This document shows, piece after piece, positions 25,042-38,026 of a stretch of DNA of 64,000 bases. Origin of the DNA: Heterodontus francisci (taxonomy: Eukaryota); NCBI RefSeq assembly GCF_036365525.1, contig NC_090375.1, positions 199,197,864 to 199,261,863 of the forward strand. Direction: 5' to 3'. Numbering within the stretch: position 1 is the first letter of the stretch; each line of letters starts with the position of its first letter. The notes beneath the pieces are model-generated. The model was not told the DNA's origin, did no database searches, and worked only from the letters and a program-made list of their open reading frames with translations. Made by a program: the position numbers and the translations under genes.

Positions 25042-26861
25042 AGAACAAAGAACAAAGAACAAAGATAATTACAGCACAGGAACAGGCCCTTCGGCCCTCC
25101 AAGCCTGCGCCGATCCAGATCCTCTCTCTAAACATGTCGCCTATTTTCTAAGGTTCTGTATCTCTTTTCTTCCTGCCCATTCATGTATCTGTCTAGATAC
25201 ATCTTAAAAGACTCCATCGTGCCCGCATCTACCACCTCCGCTGGCAGTGCGTTCCAGGTGCCCACCACCCTCTGCGTAAAGAACTTTCCACGCATATCCC
25301 CCCTAAACTTTTCCCCTTTCACTTTGAACTCGTGTCCTCTAGTAATTGAAACCCCCACTCTGGGAAAAAGCCTCTTGCTATCCACCCTGTCTATACCTCT
25401 CATGATTTTGTACACCTCAATCAGGTCCCCCCTCAACCTCCGTCTTTCTAATGAAAATAATCCTAATCTACTCAACCTCTCTTCATAGCTAGCGCCCTCC
25501 ATACCAGGCAACATCCTGGTGAACCTCCTCTGCACCCTCTCCAAAGCATCCACATCCTTTTGATAATGTGGCGACCAGAACTGTACGCAGTATTCCAAAT
25601 GTGGCCGAACCAAAGTCCTATACAACTGTAACATGACCTGCCAACTCTTGTACTCAATACCCCGTCCGATGAAGGAAAGCATGCCGTATGCCTTCTTGAC
25701 CACTCTATTTACCTGCGCTGCCACCTTCAGGGAACAGTGGACCTGAACACCCAAATCTCTCTGGACATCAATTTTCCCCAGGACTTTTCCATTTACAGAA
25801 TAGTTCACTCTTGAATTGGATCTTCCAAAATGCATCACCTCGCATTTGCCCTGATTGAACTCCATCTGCCATTTCTCTGCCCAACTCTCCAATCTATCTA
25901 TATTCTGCTGTATTCTCTGACAGTCCCCTTCACTATCTGCTACTCCACCAATCTTAGTGTCGTCTGCAAACTTGCTAATCAGTCCACCTATACTTTCCTC
26001 CAAATCATTAATGTATATCACAAACAACAGTGGTCCCAGCACGGATCCCTGTGGAACACCACTGGTCACACGTCTCCATTTTGAGAAACTCCCTTCTACT
26101 GCTACTCTCTGTCTCCTGTTGCCCAGCCAGTTCTTTATCCATCTAGCTAGTACACCTTGGACCCCAAGCGCCTTCACTTTCTCCATCAGCCTGCCATGGG
26201 GAACCTTATCAAACGCCTTACTGAAGTCCATGTCTATGACATCGACAGCCCTTCCCTCATCAATCAACTTTGTCACTTCCTCAAAGAATTCTATTAAGTT
26301 GGTAAGACATGACCTTCCCTGCACAAAACCATGTTGCCTATCACTGATGAGCCCATTTTCTTCCAAATGGGAATAGATCCTATCCCTCAGTATCTTCTCC
26401 AGAAGCTTCCCTACCACTGACGTCAGGCTCACCGGTCTATAATTACCTGGATTATCCCTGCTACCCTTCTTAAACAAGGGGACAACATTAGCAATTCTCC
26501 AGTCCTCCGGGACCTCACCCGTGCTTAAGGATGCTGCAAAGATATCTGTTAAGGCCCCAGCTATTTCCTCTCTCGCTTCCCTCAGAAACCTGGGATAGGT
26601 CCCATCCGGACCTGGGGACTTGTCCACCTTAATGCCCTTTAGAATACCCAACACTTCCTCCCTCCTTATGCCGACTTGACCTAGAGTAATCAATCATCTG
26701 TTCCTAACCTCAACATCCGTCATGTCCCTCTCCTCGGTGAATACCGATGCAAAGTACTCGTTTAGAATCTCACCCATTTTCTCTGAGTCCAAGCATAACA
26801 TTCCTCCTTTGTCCTTTAGTGGGCCAATCCTTTCTCCAGTTACCCTCTTTCTCCTTATATA
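25042..26861 (-). mobile_element. Young 5'-truncated CR1 LINE nested in the Gypsy element; uninterrupted 521-aa RT ORF (25128-26693)
   Basis: [41 protein letters not shown] motifs; (AGAACAA)n tail. Confidence 0.95.
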
Positions 26862-29800
26862 TAAGGAAGAGAAAGTACAGGAAAACACACATGCATTTCT
26901 CTCATTCATTCTCATTCATTCAGAAACCTTAAAATTGTTTCAGCCTGTCTTTCCTTGTAGCAGTACTCCTTTGGACTGCCCCTTTGTCCTTGATGTAGAT
27001 CTAAGATAGTTATGTGTTGCTCAAGTGGTTTAAAGTTTCTTCACTATCAGTCTGCAATACGTTGGGAATGAGCATCCCAATAAACAGGCGATTTTTGGGA
27101 AGGTTTGAAGTTTGCGCATTTCCTTGATTTTCTAGGGTGTGTTTGTTCCTGTTGGGGTCTGCAGGGTGATGGTTAGATTTAATTAGCCCGGGTTTGGAGC
27201 TTTGATCATGGAAGGCGGCAGTGGGCGGATCCACTCTGATCTCCCTTTCGGTGCTCTGATGAGTCATGCAAGTACCTTCCTCTTTAGGGTATTGTGGGTT
27301 CCTGACTGTGGTGATTGATTCTTTGTTAATCTCATTGTCCTCTGGGACATTCCTACATGCAGGTATTTGTCCAGATTCTACTGCACTCCCCTGGGGCACT
27401 TCGACTAGGGAAGGCATCACCCTCACTGTTCTCTGCCTTCTTGAGGACATTCCTTGCCCCTGCAGGTTTCTGCAAATGCTGTTAGCAACCCTGGTGGGGT
27501 GCTTCCGGTGTCTGCATTTACATAGGAGGATGTGGGGCCTTATTTTTCCAACAATTCGGGGTTGGCTGACCGGACAGTAGGGTCTTTCATTTGGGATTCC
27601 TCCTGGACCTCCTTTAACCTGCCCTCTTGGTCCCTTTTCCCCTTTCGTCTCTAACGTTTAGCCAGCCCTGGGCTTGTTTGTCCCCTTTTATTCTTGACAG
27701 GGGTCCCATACAATTCACCAGCAGGCTGGTCCTCCAAATGCCAGTACAGGAATTAGGGGTATAGATTTCACTGTGGGTTGAGGTTTTCCCTCAACCTGGT
27801 ACATGTGGCTATCCTACAGTACTCCACCACACCTTTGTGGAGTTTTTGCTTGTCAAATGCTGTCTTATGCGGGCTTTGGTTTTTTGTATACCGACATGTA
27901 CAGCCTCATGCGCCATTCTTAATATTTCCCTCCGGTACCTCTGCGGCACCACTAACAGGTGAAGCACTGTCCACTCTTTGTCCTCAGGTCTGTGAGGAGA
28001 AATCCACTTCCTCATCAGTACCTCATTCTTTAAATAGTAGCAATCAAGGACTCCCTCTGCTTCAATTTCAGTCTGGGCAGCCTGTGCTAACTCTCTCGAT
28101 ACTGAGTTGGCTTGCTGAGCCTAAGGTAGGGAAGATCCATTTAATCCATTGTCTGGGTCCTTAAACTTTCCAAAGAAAATTTCAGACCGACAGACAGCAT
28201 GGTCATCTGTCTGCAGAGCCAATTCAGTCTCCTCTGGGTGAGCAGGTTTGGTCATGGCCCAATTCACTACACATTCAGGGGAACTGCAGGGGACTGTTTC
28301 CTTCCACTGCCCTTTTTCTCTGACCTCCTTCAGTCTCTCTTCACTACTGGGAAGTTACCACCTTCGCCCCTGCCAGATCATTATCTAGGAGCAGGTCAAC
28401 CCCATCCACAGGTAAACTCGGAATAATCCCTACAGTCACTGGTCCCGAAACTAGGTCGCACTCCAAGTGTACCCAGTGTAAAGGTATGGGTGTACAGTGC
28501 CCTCCAATACCGTTCACTAACACTTTGGTATTTTCTGCACTCTCTGGGGGAAAGGTCAGACCTTTTCCTATCAAAAAGGATCTCGTGCCCCCTGTATCCC
28601 TGAGGATTACTATGGGCTGATTTGCCCCACTCACGGGGTATGGGGTTGCTCTCCATTTAGATACAAAATCCTGATAACTTTCAGGGATCGTATTAAATTA
28701 TCCTGCTCCCCAGCAGAATGTTTTCTGGGTCTTACTACTGCTGCAGTCAAAGGCACAGCTTGGTTTGCTGCGCTTTCCATCAGGGTCCCTTCTCCTTCAC
28801 AGAGTGGGTGTGCCCTGATTAACCCTCAGGCTTTCCCCGTAGTTTCTAGCAGTCAGCTCTTAGATGAACTGTATCATTACAATGGAAACACAGGCCTCCA
28901 GGTTTCACTCCTACTTGGAACACTATCCTTTTTGGCTGGAGGAGGGTCCCCTGTGTGTCCAAATTTTCTTTTTCACCCAGGACTGTTTGGGTTCCTATCA
29001 CCTTCCCACCTTTGTCCTTTTCAGATTTGTGGGGGTGACTGTGAAAGGCTTTCCCCTGAGGAACTGACTTGTATATCACAGCAAATGCATCAGCCAGAAC
29101 TGCGGTTGGCCTCGGTCTATGTACCTTTTGTTCCTCCACGTGGGTCTTTATGGGGAGTGGGAGAGAGTTTTTAAATTCCTCGAGGAGAATTACCTCTCTG
29201 ACGTTTTCATAGCTGGGCTACACTTTAAGAGCCCTGAAACACTGATCAAAAGCCAACTGCTTATTTCTCTCAAACTCCAAGTAAGTTTGATCAGCTTGTT
29301 GCCTGAGTGTTTGGAACTTCTGGTGGTCGGCTTCCGGTACTATCTCATATGCCCGAGGATAGCATTTTTAGTCAGTTCATATTTTGATGAACTCTCATCT
29401 GACAATAGGGTATCAACCTCATGGGCTTTTTTCTGTGAGCTGACTTTGCAGCAGGAAAGTTGAACTCTCAGCCAGCCATTTTAACTGTCTTGAAAAAGAT
29501 ACAAAAAGTGCTTCCACATCACCCTCATTAAATTTTGGAATCAGTTGGGGAAATTTAAAAAACTCAGTACACAGCCCCAAATTACTATGCTCCATATTTT
29601 CATTGGGATTACTCTGTCGTCCCCTTGGTTAACTCAAGCCGCCTCAGCTCTCTTTCATCCTGTTCCTTCTGGAAATGACTTTCTCTCTCTCAATTCCGAA
29701 ATTTTCTCTCTCTCTCTTCCCTTGCTTTTTCTCTCTCCTGTCTCTCCCTTTCTATCTCTCTTTCCCTGCCTTCTGAATCAAGTTTCCTCTCTTTCCAATT

Positions 29801-29866
29801 GTATATTTGCTAACCAGTGAGGGATTGGCACTTCACCTGGCAGCCTCTTTGCAGGCTGTGGCGACC
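26862..29866 (-). mobile_element. Decayed internal region of a Gmr1-like Gypsy element (gag/SCAN-like capsid, CCHC knuckle, protease, integrase Zn-finger); no RT seen
   Basis: Minus strand in order: LIPKFNEGDVEA...LLQSQLTEKAHEV (~29545-29360), EEQKV..AVLADAF and CFHCNDTVHLRADC (28846-29139), VILRDTG (28344-28634), LVVPQRYRREILRMAHE..HVGIQKT (27809-28015). Protease followed directly by integrase fits Gmr1-like order. Confidence 0.8.
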
Positions 29867-31313
29867 GAATTGCTAATGTTGTCCCCTTGTTTAAGAAGGG
29901 TAGCAGGGAAAATCTAGGTAATTATAGACCGGTGAGCCTGACGTCAGTGGTGGGGAAGCTGCTGGAGAAGATACTGAGGGATAGGATCTATTCCCATTTG
30001 GAAGAAAATGGGCGTATCAGTGATAGGCAACATGGTTTTGTCCAGGGAAGGTCATGTCTTACCAACTTAATAGAATTCTTTGAGGAAGTGACAAAGTTGA
30101 TTGATGAGGGAAGGGCTGTAGATGTCATATACATGGATTTCAGTAAGGATTTTGATAAGGTTCCCCATGGTAGGCTGATGGAGAAAGTGAAGTCGCATGG
30201 GGTCCAGGGTTTACTAGCTAGATGGGTAAAGAACTGGCTGGGCAACAGGAGACAGAGAGTAGCAGTGGAAGGGAGTTTCTCAAAATGGAGACGTGTGACC
30301 AGTGGTGTTCCACAGGGATCCGTGCTGGGACCACTGTTGTTTGTGATATACATAAATGATTTGGAGGAAAGTATAGGTGGTCTGATTAGCAAGTTTGCAG
30401 ACGACACTAAGATTGGTGGAGTAGCAGATACTGAAGGGGACTGTCAAAGAATCCAGCAGAATATAGATAGATTGGAGAGTTGGGCAGAGAAATGGCAGAT
30501 GGAGTTCAATCAGGGCAAATGCGAGGTGATGCATTTTGGAAGACCCAATTCAAGAGTGAACTATATAGTAAATGGAAAAGTCCTGGGGAAAATTGATGTA
30601 CAGAGAGATTTGGGTGTTCAGGTCCATTGTTCCCTGAAGGTGGCAACGCAGGTCAACAGAGTGGTCAAGAAGGCATATGGCATGCTTTCCTTCATCGGAC
30701 GGGGTATTGAGTACAAGGGTTGGCAGGTCATGTTACAGTTGTATAAGACTTTGGTTCGGCCACATTTGGAATACTGCGTGCAGTTCTGGTCGCCACATTA
30801 CCAAAAGGATGTAGATGCTTTGGAGAGGGTGCAGAGGAGGTTCACCAGGATGTTGCCTGGTATGGAGGGCGCTAGCTATGAAGAGAGGTTGAGTAGATTA
30901 GGATTATTTTCATTAGAAAGACGGAGGTTGAGGGGGGACCTGATTGAGGCGTACAAAATCATGAGAGGTATAGACTGGCTGGAAAGCAGGAAGCTTTTTC
31001 CCAGAGTGGGGGATTCAATTACAAGGGGTCACGAGTTCAAAGTGAGAGGGGAAATGTTTAGGGGGGATATGCGTGGAAAGTTCTTTACGCAGAGGGTGGT
31101 GGGTGCTTGGAACGCATTGCCAGCGGAGGTGGTAGACGCGGGCACGATAGCGTCTTTTAAGATGTAGCTAGACAGATACATGAATGGGCAGGAAGCAAAG
31201 AGATACAGACCCTTAGAAAATAGGCGACATGTTTAGATACAGGATCTGGATCGGCGCAGGAGGGCCGAAGGGCCTGTTCCTGTGCTGTAATTTTCTTTGT
31301 TCTTTGTTCTTTG
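29867..31313 (+). mobile_element. Young 5'-truncated CR1 LINE, near-identical to and inverted relative to 25042-26495; 426-aa RT ORF
   Basis: ORF 29887-31167 differs from ORF 25128-26693 at only a few residues; (TTGTTCT)n tail. Confidence 0.95.
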
Positions 31314-32482
31314 ACGTGTTCAGGAACCCTGTGCAATATGCAGGGACACCTCAAGCAGCACGGGCTGCCTGCCCCGGCTGGAACAGCTCCCCTGCCCTCG
31401 CTAGTGCCTGTCTGCTTGACCCCTGCGAGCTCCGACCGCACTTACCTGTTCCAAGGCCTGCTTCCATTATGGCTCTTCTCGCTGGGTGCGTGAATGGCTG
31501 ATGTGATATTGAGCTTGTTGCATCGGTCACTGTACCACCACTATCTGGGAAATTGAATCAGCCTGCAAGTGGGTATAAGTGGTTCGGAAGAAAACGCTTC
31601 CACTTGTGTGGGGCATCGGGGCAATTGCGGGATTTGGACCAGGGATGTCAGAGCCAAGTGGTTGTTCTGACGAGAACAAAGAGCGAAGCAGCTTTTACTC
31701 TGCCTGCTATCATTTGGAAATTGTACATATAGTCTTTCAAACATGTTCTTTATTGTCTGATTGATAGTGTATCGGAGCAAAAACTAAAATCTGAAGATGA
31801 ACACAGATGTAGATGAGCACCTGCTGTTTGAAATGGGTGGTTTCCGAGCTGCTGGAATGGCGTTAATGGTTATACTGGCAAAGGCGAGGGCTTAGCAGTG
31901 AACAATGCAGGATAGAAAGCTGGGTAGATCTTCAGAAGGTTTATTTAATTTAACTTTGGACAGCAGAGTGAAACTTAGCAGAACATTTCCTCAGCACGGG
32001 ACAGACTTGATCGAGCAGATTACAGAGCAGGTTTTATATAGTTTTTAGAAGGATTGGGCTTCGTGGGCCAGGCGGCTTTATACTTCTTTTAGCGGATGTG
32101 AGGCTGATTCATTTATGACTTTGAAGCGTTTGAATGATCTGTTCCGCTTTAACTGTGGATCTGGATAGTCTGACTAGCTAGGGCAGATTAAAGGATAGAA
32201 AGAAGAAATAACTTACATTTACTTAGCATCTTTCAGGAACTCGAGACTTCCCAAAGTTTTCACTGTTATTCAAGTGTTGCAATCCTTGTATATGCAACAA
32301 CAAATTTGCACATAACAAGATCCCTTATACAGCAATAGGCTAAATAGCAAAAAAAAAGTTTTAGTGCCGTTGGTTGAGGAATAAATATTGGTCAGGACAC
32401 CGGGAAAACGTCTTTGCGTTCTTTGTACAGGGCCGTGTATTAATTTGCACTCACCTCAGAGGGTAAATACGGTCTCAATTTA

Positions 32483-32665
32483 AAAGAAAGGAGAGGAGAG
32501 AAAGAAATACCGAGAGAGAGAGTGAAAGATAGAAAGTGAGAGAGACAGATAGAGAAAGAGAAAAATAGAGAGTACTAGTGAGAATGAAAGAGAGAAACAG
32601 AGAGGAGAGAGAACAAAATAGAAAGAGAAGAGAGACAGAGAGAAATAGAGTTGTATAAGACAAAG
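32483..32665. repeat. GA-rich low-complexity/microsatellite tract
   Basis: Degenerate (GA)n/(GAAA)n. Confidence 0.85.
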
Positions 32666-33089
32666 AGGTAATATATATACTATACAGGGCTCTGGGCAGA
32701 TCACATTGAATAACGTTTCCACCTCTTGTCGTCCAGAGACACAGGAGACAATGTGCTGGAGGCAGTACAGAGAGGTGTGAAGACGTTGGTCCTGTTTTCA
32801 GGAGTTTGAGTTCTGGACGAAGATTGATTGGTTCTGGTGAGAAAGTGTCTGAGAGAAGTTCTTAAAGGTGTGTAAGATTGTTACCGGAATGGAAGAGGTA
32901 GATGTGTAATGTTACTTTCATTTAAACTTTAGCAATAGGACAAGGAAACACGAGCCAACCATGTAGAAGGAAACTCTCGGGCGAGATCAGAAAGCTGGTC
33001 ACCCAGCGTGTGATCAACGCTTGGAATGGACTCCAGGGCAGCGTGGTTGAGATGAAAGCCTGTTTTAATGAAATAGTGAATAACAAGAT

Positions 33090-33177
33090 GAAACGTCACA
33101 GCCACCAAATGGAAACGTCACCCTTGAGACCACATGGAAATTCAGCAATGCGTGAAACTGATTGACAATTTCCGGTA
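33090..33177 (+). promoter_or_regulatory. Putative V promoter: duplicated GAAACGTCAC (CRE-like; 33090, 33112), Runx ACCACA (33129), Ets-like TTTCCGGT (~33169)
   Basis: Motifs typical of T-cell promoters/enhancers, clustered just 5' of the leader-like exon. Confidence 0.5.
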
Positions 33178-33209
33178 TCTCAGCGTCCCAGTACAAGTAT
33201 TTGTAAACC

Positions 33210-33648
33210 TGGATCAGTTCTGTGATTTTACTCATCACCTTCCTCGGTCAGTATTTTAGGTTCTAACTGATTATTTTTATTAATCTCTCGCCTCCGCTTT
33301 GTAAAATATTCTAATTGATTTCTATTCTTCTCTCTTGCAGGGAAATCTGTTGCACAAACCTTGACACAGTCCCCATTTTCGATGACCAGAGCTCCGACGA
33401 AAACTGCACGGTTTTACTGTAAGGTTGAAGGGACAAATTTCGAAGATGCCGTTATCCACTGGTACCGGCAGATCCCGGGTCAAGGGCTGCAACGCATGCT
33501 ATATTTTAAGAATCCATCTGAGACTTTGAAGGATATGACCGACAAAGACATTTTAGCTAAAAAAGAATCCAAAACTAAATCCTGCACCCTGCTCATGTGG
33601 AATATCCAGGAGGATGACGCTGGGACCTATTACTGTGCCTACTGGGAC
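33210..33648 (+). CDS. TRGV: TCR gamma-type V segment with open V exon (33341-33648); leader-like exon (~33210-33246) lacks an in-frame ATG
   Basis: ..WISSVILLITFL|gtcagt...cttgcag|GKSVAQTLTQSPFSMTRAPTKTARFYCKVEGTNFEDAVIHWYRQIPG...DDAGTYYCAYWD. Confidence 0.85.
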
Positions 33649-33687
33649 CACAGTGACTGAAAGCGAAGGGAAACCCATGCAAAAACC
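33649..33687 (+). other. 23-RSS (CACAGTG-23-GCAAAAACC)
   Basis: Heptamer 33649-33655, spacer 33656-33678, nonamer 33679-33687. Confidence 0.95.
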
Positions 33688-36600
33688 GAACCTGCACGAA
33701 CACCATCATGCTCAGTCTGTGCAAGCTGTTCACACACAAACCACAGGTGCAGATTTCCATGAGCTTTTAATTCAAAGTGTGCTGGGTATTTTCAGAATGT
33801 TATTTGCATAATATTTTTGAGCTGGGATGAATAAAATTGATTTGCTAACTCAGTGAGACAGTATGACAGATCTGTCTTTATTCTATAAATGGATATAATA
33901 ATTCACTTACTGTTTAAACTAATAGTCCCTTTATCACATTCTAGAAAACCGCTGTAAGTTTCAAAGCGGGTCTGGCAGCATCTGTGTGGACAGAAACCAA
34001 GTTAACGTTTCCGGTCTGTGATCTTTCATAAAAACATTGTTCTGATGAAACGTCAGAGATGTGGAACGTTAATTCTGTTTCTCTCTACACAGATGCTGCC
34101 AGACCTGATGAGTATTTCCGGCACTTTCTGTTCGCATTTCAGAGTTCCAGCATCCGCGGTATTTTGCTCCAATATAAGATTCTAAGTCTCCAGTGGCAGC
34201 ACGGTCCTCTGTGAACAGGCTACCTCAACCATCAAACCAACGCTAATGATATTTGCAGTCACTGTCCTGTCATTAGAAATTAGGAATAGGAGTAGGTCAG
34301 CTCTTAGAGCCTGTCCCCCTGTTCAACGTAATCTTGACTGATCTGTGATCTAATTCCATGTACCCAACTCATCCCCATATTCTGTAGCCGGAAGGTTAGC
34401 ATGATGAAATATAGAATAAAAGGCAAGTCTCAATAATGGTGACCATGCAACTATCGACTGTCTTAAGCCCCCATCTCGTTCACTCGTGTCTTGGTCTGCC
34501 CTATAAGTGGCTCCAGACCCACAACAATATGATTGTCTCTTAACTGTCCTCTGAAATGGCTTAGCAGTTGGATCAAACCACTATGGAAAATCTAATAGAA
34601 ATAGAACAGGATGAACCACCTGGCATCGACCTAGACATCAGATATGACAAAGGCACATCCTGTAAAGTCTTACTCACTAACATCTGGGGACCTGTGCCAA
34701 AATTGGGAGAGCTGTACTACAGACCAACAGCCTGACATAGTCATACTCACAGAATCATACCTTTCAGCCAATGCCCCAGACTCCACCATCACCATCCCTG
34801 GGTATGTCCTGATCCACTGGCAGGACAGACTCATCAGAGGTGATGGCATAGTGGTATACATTTTGGAGGGAGTGGCCCTGGGAGTCCTCAACATTGACTC
34901 CGGACCTTGTGAATCTCGTCAATCAGTGGTAAGGAAACCTCCTGCTGATTACCACCTACTGCCCTGCCTCAGCTGATGAATCAGTGTTTCTCCATGTTGA
35001 ACGCATCTTGGAAAAGACACTGATGGTAGAAAGGGGACAGCATGTACTCTGGGTGCGGCACTTCAAAGTACATCACTGAGTGGCTGGGTAGTACCACTAC
35101 TGTCCTAGGTGGCTGAGTCCTGATGGGCATACATGTCTAACTGGACCTGCAGCAGGAGTGAAACAATATGAGACAAAATCTCCTTGACCAGGTCCTCACC
35201 AATCTACCTGTTGTTGATGCATCTTTCCATGACAGTATTGGTAGGAGTGACAATCATCCTTGTGGAGACGAAGTTCTGTATTCACGTAGTGAACATCCTC
35301 CATTATGTTGCGTCGCACTACCACCACGCTGAATTTGATAGATACAGCAGCTCAAACATTGATTATGGCCCAGAATATTCCTCACTTTATCACTACATTC
35401 AAGCCAAGGGACCAACTTTGGTTCAATGAGGAGTGTAGGAGAGCATGCCAGGAACAACACCAGGTATATCTAAAATGATGTACCATGCTGGTGAACCTTC
35501 AAAACAGGACTAAAAACATGCTGAACAGTGGTAGAAGATGCTATAATTAGAGTTAATTGACTCCACAACCATAATATTAGAACAAAGCTCTGCAGTTCTG
35601 CCATATTCACTGGTGAACAGCGATGGACAGTTTACGAACTAGCCAGAATTCCCCATAACATCCCCACTAACATTCCCATAATGAATTGTGGCAGAGGCTG
35701 GCCAGCACATCAGTGCAAAAGACAAAACTGAAACATTTGTTACCATCTTCAGCCAGAAGTGCCAAGTGCATGATCCATCTCGACCTCCTCCTGCAGTCCC
35801 CAGCATCACAGATGCCCATCTTCAGCCAAATCGATTCACTCTATGTGATATTACGAAATGGCTGAGCGTACTGGATACAGCAAAGGCCACGGCCCTGACA
35901 ACATACCGGCTGTAGTGCTGAGGACTTGTGCTCCAGAGCTAGCCATCCTCCTAGCCAAGCTACTTCAGTGCAGCTGCAAAACTGTAATCAACTCGACAAT
36001 GTGGTAAATTGCCCAGGTAAGTCCCGTGCTCAAAAAGCAGGACAAATACAATGCAGCCAATTACTGCTCCTTCAATCTACTCTCAATCATCAACAAAGTG
36101 ATGGAATGTGTTTTCAACTGTGTTGTCATGCAGCACTTACCCAGCAATCATCTGCTCGGAACCGATAAAATGTCATGACCTGAAATGTTAACTCTGTTTC
36201 TGTCCCCACAGATGCTGCCTGACCTGCTGTGTATTTCCAGCACTTACTATTTTTGTTGCATTGTGAGAGCTCCCCTGCTCTTCTTCGAAATAGTGCCATG
36301 GGATCTTTTATGTACACCTAAGAGTGCAGACGGGGCCTCGGTTTCACATCTCATCCAAAAGCCAGCACCTCTGAGAGTGCAGCACTCCCTCAGTATGGTA
36401 CTGTGGTGTCGGTCTGAATTTTTGTGCTTAAGTCCTGGAGTGAGACTTAAAACCACAACCTTCTGATTCATACACAAAAGTGCTTCCAGCTGATCCATGG
36501 CTGACACAGTCCCCATGACTCCAGGGACTTATGGACAATGATGCAGGCTCCAGAAACATGAAGGATGGTACTGTAGGACTGCCAATGTCCCCTGACCCCC

Positions 36601-38026
36601 TGCACATTAGCAGAGAACCTTCAATCTCCAGTTTGCTTAACATTTAATCCTTTATGCTGCAATAAAATATCTGCCCAGTTTTCCTGCAGGATTCCGCTGA
36701 TTCCTCAACCACCATCCCTATAACCTCCTCCAGCCTTACAACTTTCCCTATTTCTGTAACCTCCTCCAACCCTACAACGCTCCCTATCTCTTTAACTTCC
36801 TGCAGCCCTACAATCCTCCCTATCTCTGTAACCTCCTCGAGCCCATTAGCCCACCTTATATCTTTTACCTCTTCGACCCCCGACACCCCTCGCTATCACT
36901 TGAATCTCCTCTAGCCCCGAGAACCCTCCCATTTCTCTGTAGATTCCTCCAATTTTGAGATCCTCTGAGATCTCTGCTCTCCTCGATTCCGGGCCTCATG
37001 TGCCTCCTGATTTTAATCATTCCACCACCGAAGGCCATGCCTTCAGCCATCTGGGCCTTAAGGTCTGTTACACCCTCCATAACCCTCCCACTTTTCCACC
37101 TCTCTCTCCTCCTTTAAAAATGCCTTCATAATCTGCCGCAATGAGCAAGCTTTGGGCCATAATCATAGAATCATAGAACGTTTACGGAACAGAAAGAGGC
37201 AACTTGGCCCATCGTGTCTCTGCTCGCTGAAATACGTTTCACCCATTGCAATCCCACCTTCCAGCATTTGGTCTGCAGCCCTGCAGATTATGGAACTCTG
37301 GCCTAATATCTGGTATTGTCAAATTTAGTCTGTTAATGATCCTATGAAGTGTCTGAGGATGTTTTATTCCATTAAATGTGCTATCTCATTAGACGTTGTT
37401 GATACTGTTGTTCAATTTATATTGTATGGACCCGATCTAAGCTCCTAACTTAAGTAAATAGCTACAAGCAGCAGCTTCCAAGAAAAAATCCATGGAATGT
37501 CGTTTTCTCCCTGAAAAGCGCTCCCGGGTATCAATCAAAGAAGAACACGAATCAGTCAACCCTGGATTCCATGGTTATTTGATGAGCTGCGTCTGTTTTC
37601 AGCCTGTAAGCTGCTGCCCAACGTAATTCTGATGAAAGGCCATCCACCTGGAACGTTAACTCTGTTTCTTTCTCCACAGATACTGCCTGGCCTGCTGAAT
37701 ATTTCCAGCATTTTCTGTTTTTATTTCAGATTTCCAGTAAATTTGGTGCTGGGCTTCTCAGCAGCTGCGACTATTTCCCAGGTAGAGTGTGCATTAGGAA
37801 AGTGCTGTTAATTGAGGTCAATCAACAACAAAAACAATGCACCTAAACACTGCAGTTAATGTAGGAAAATGTATCTAGGCTCTTCACAGGAGCATATTCT
37901 GGGAAAAATGGACTAAAAGAAGATACTAGATAAAGTGCAAAAAGTGTGACTGAAGGTTTTCTTAAAGCAGAAAAGTGCTGGCGAGGTGGAGGGTTCTGGC
38001 GGTAATCTTAAAGCATTGGACCCAGA

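Noticed and set aside
26862-29866. Inversion of the Gypsy interior between the inverted CR1 pair
   Set aside because: Interior domains are on the same (minus) strand as the LTR/PPT and in the expected order.
31579-31764. GIGAIAGFG as a viral fusion peptide, or this region as the missing 3' end of the V pseudogene
   Set aside because: Short match with no supporting context; no YYC or RSS nearby.
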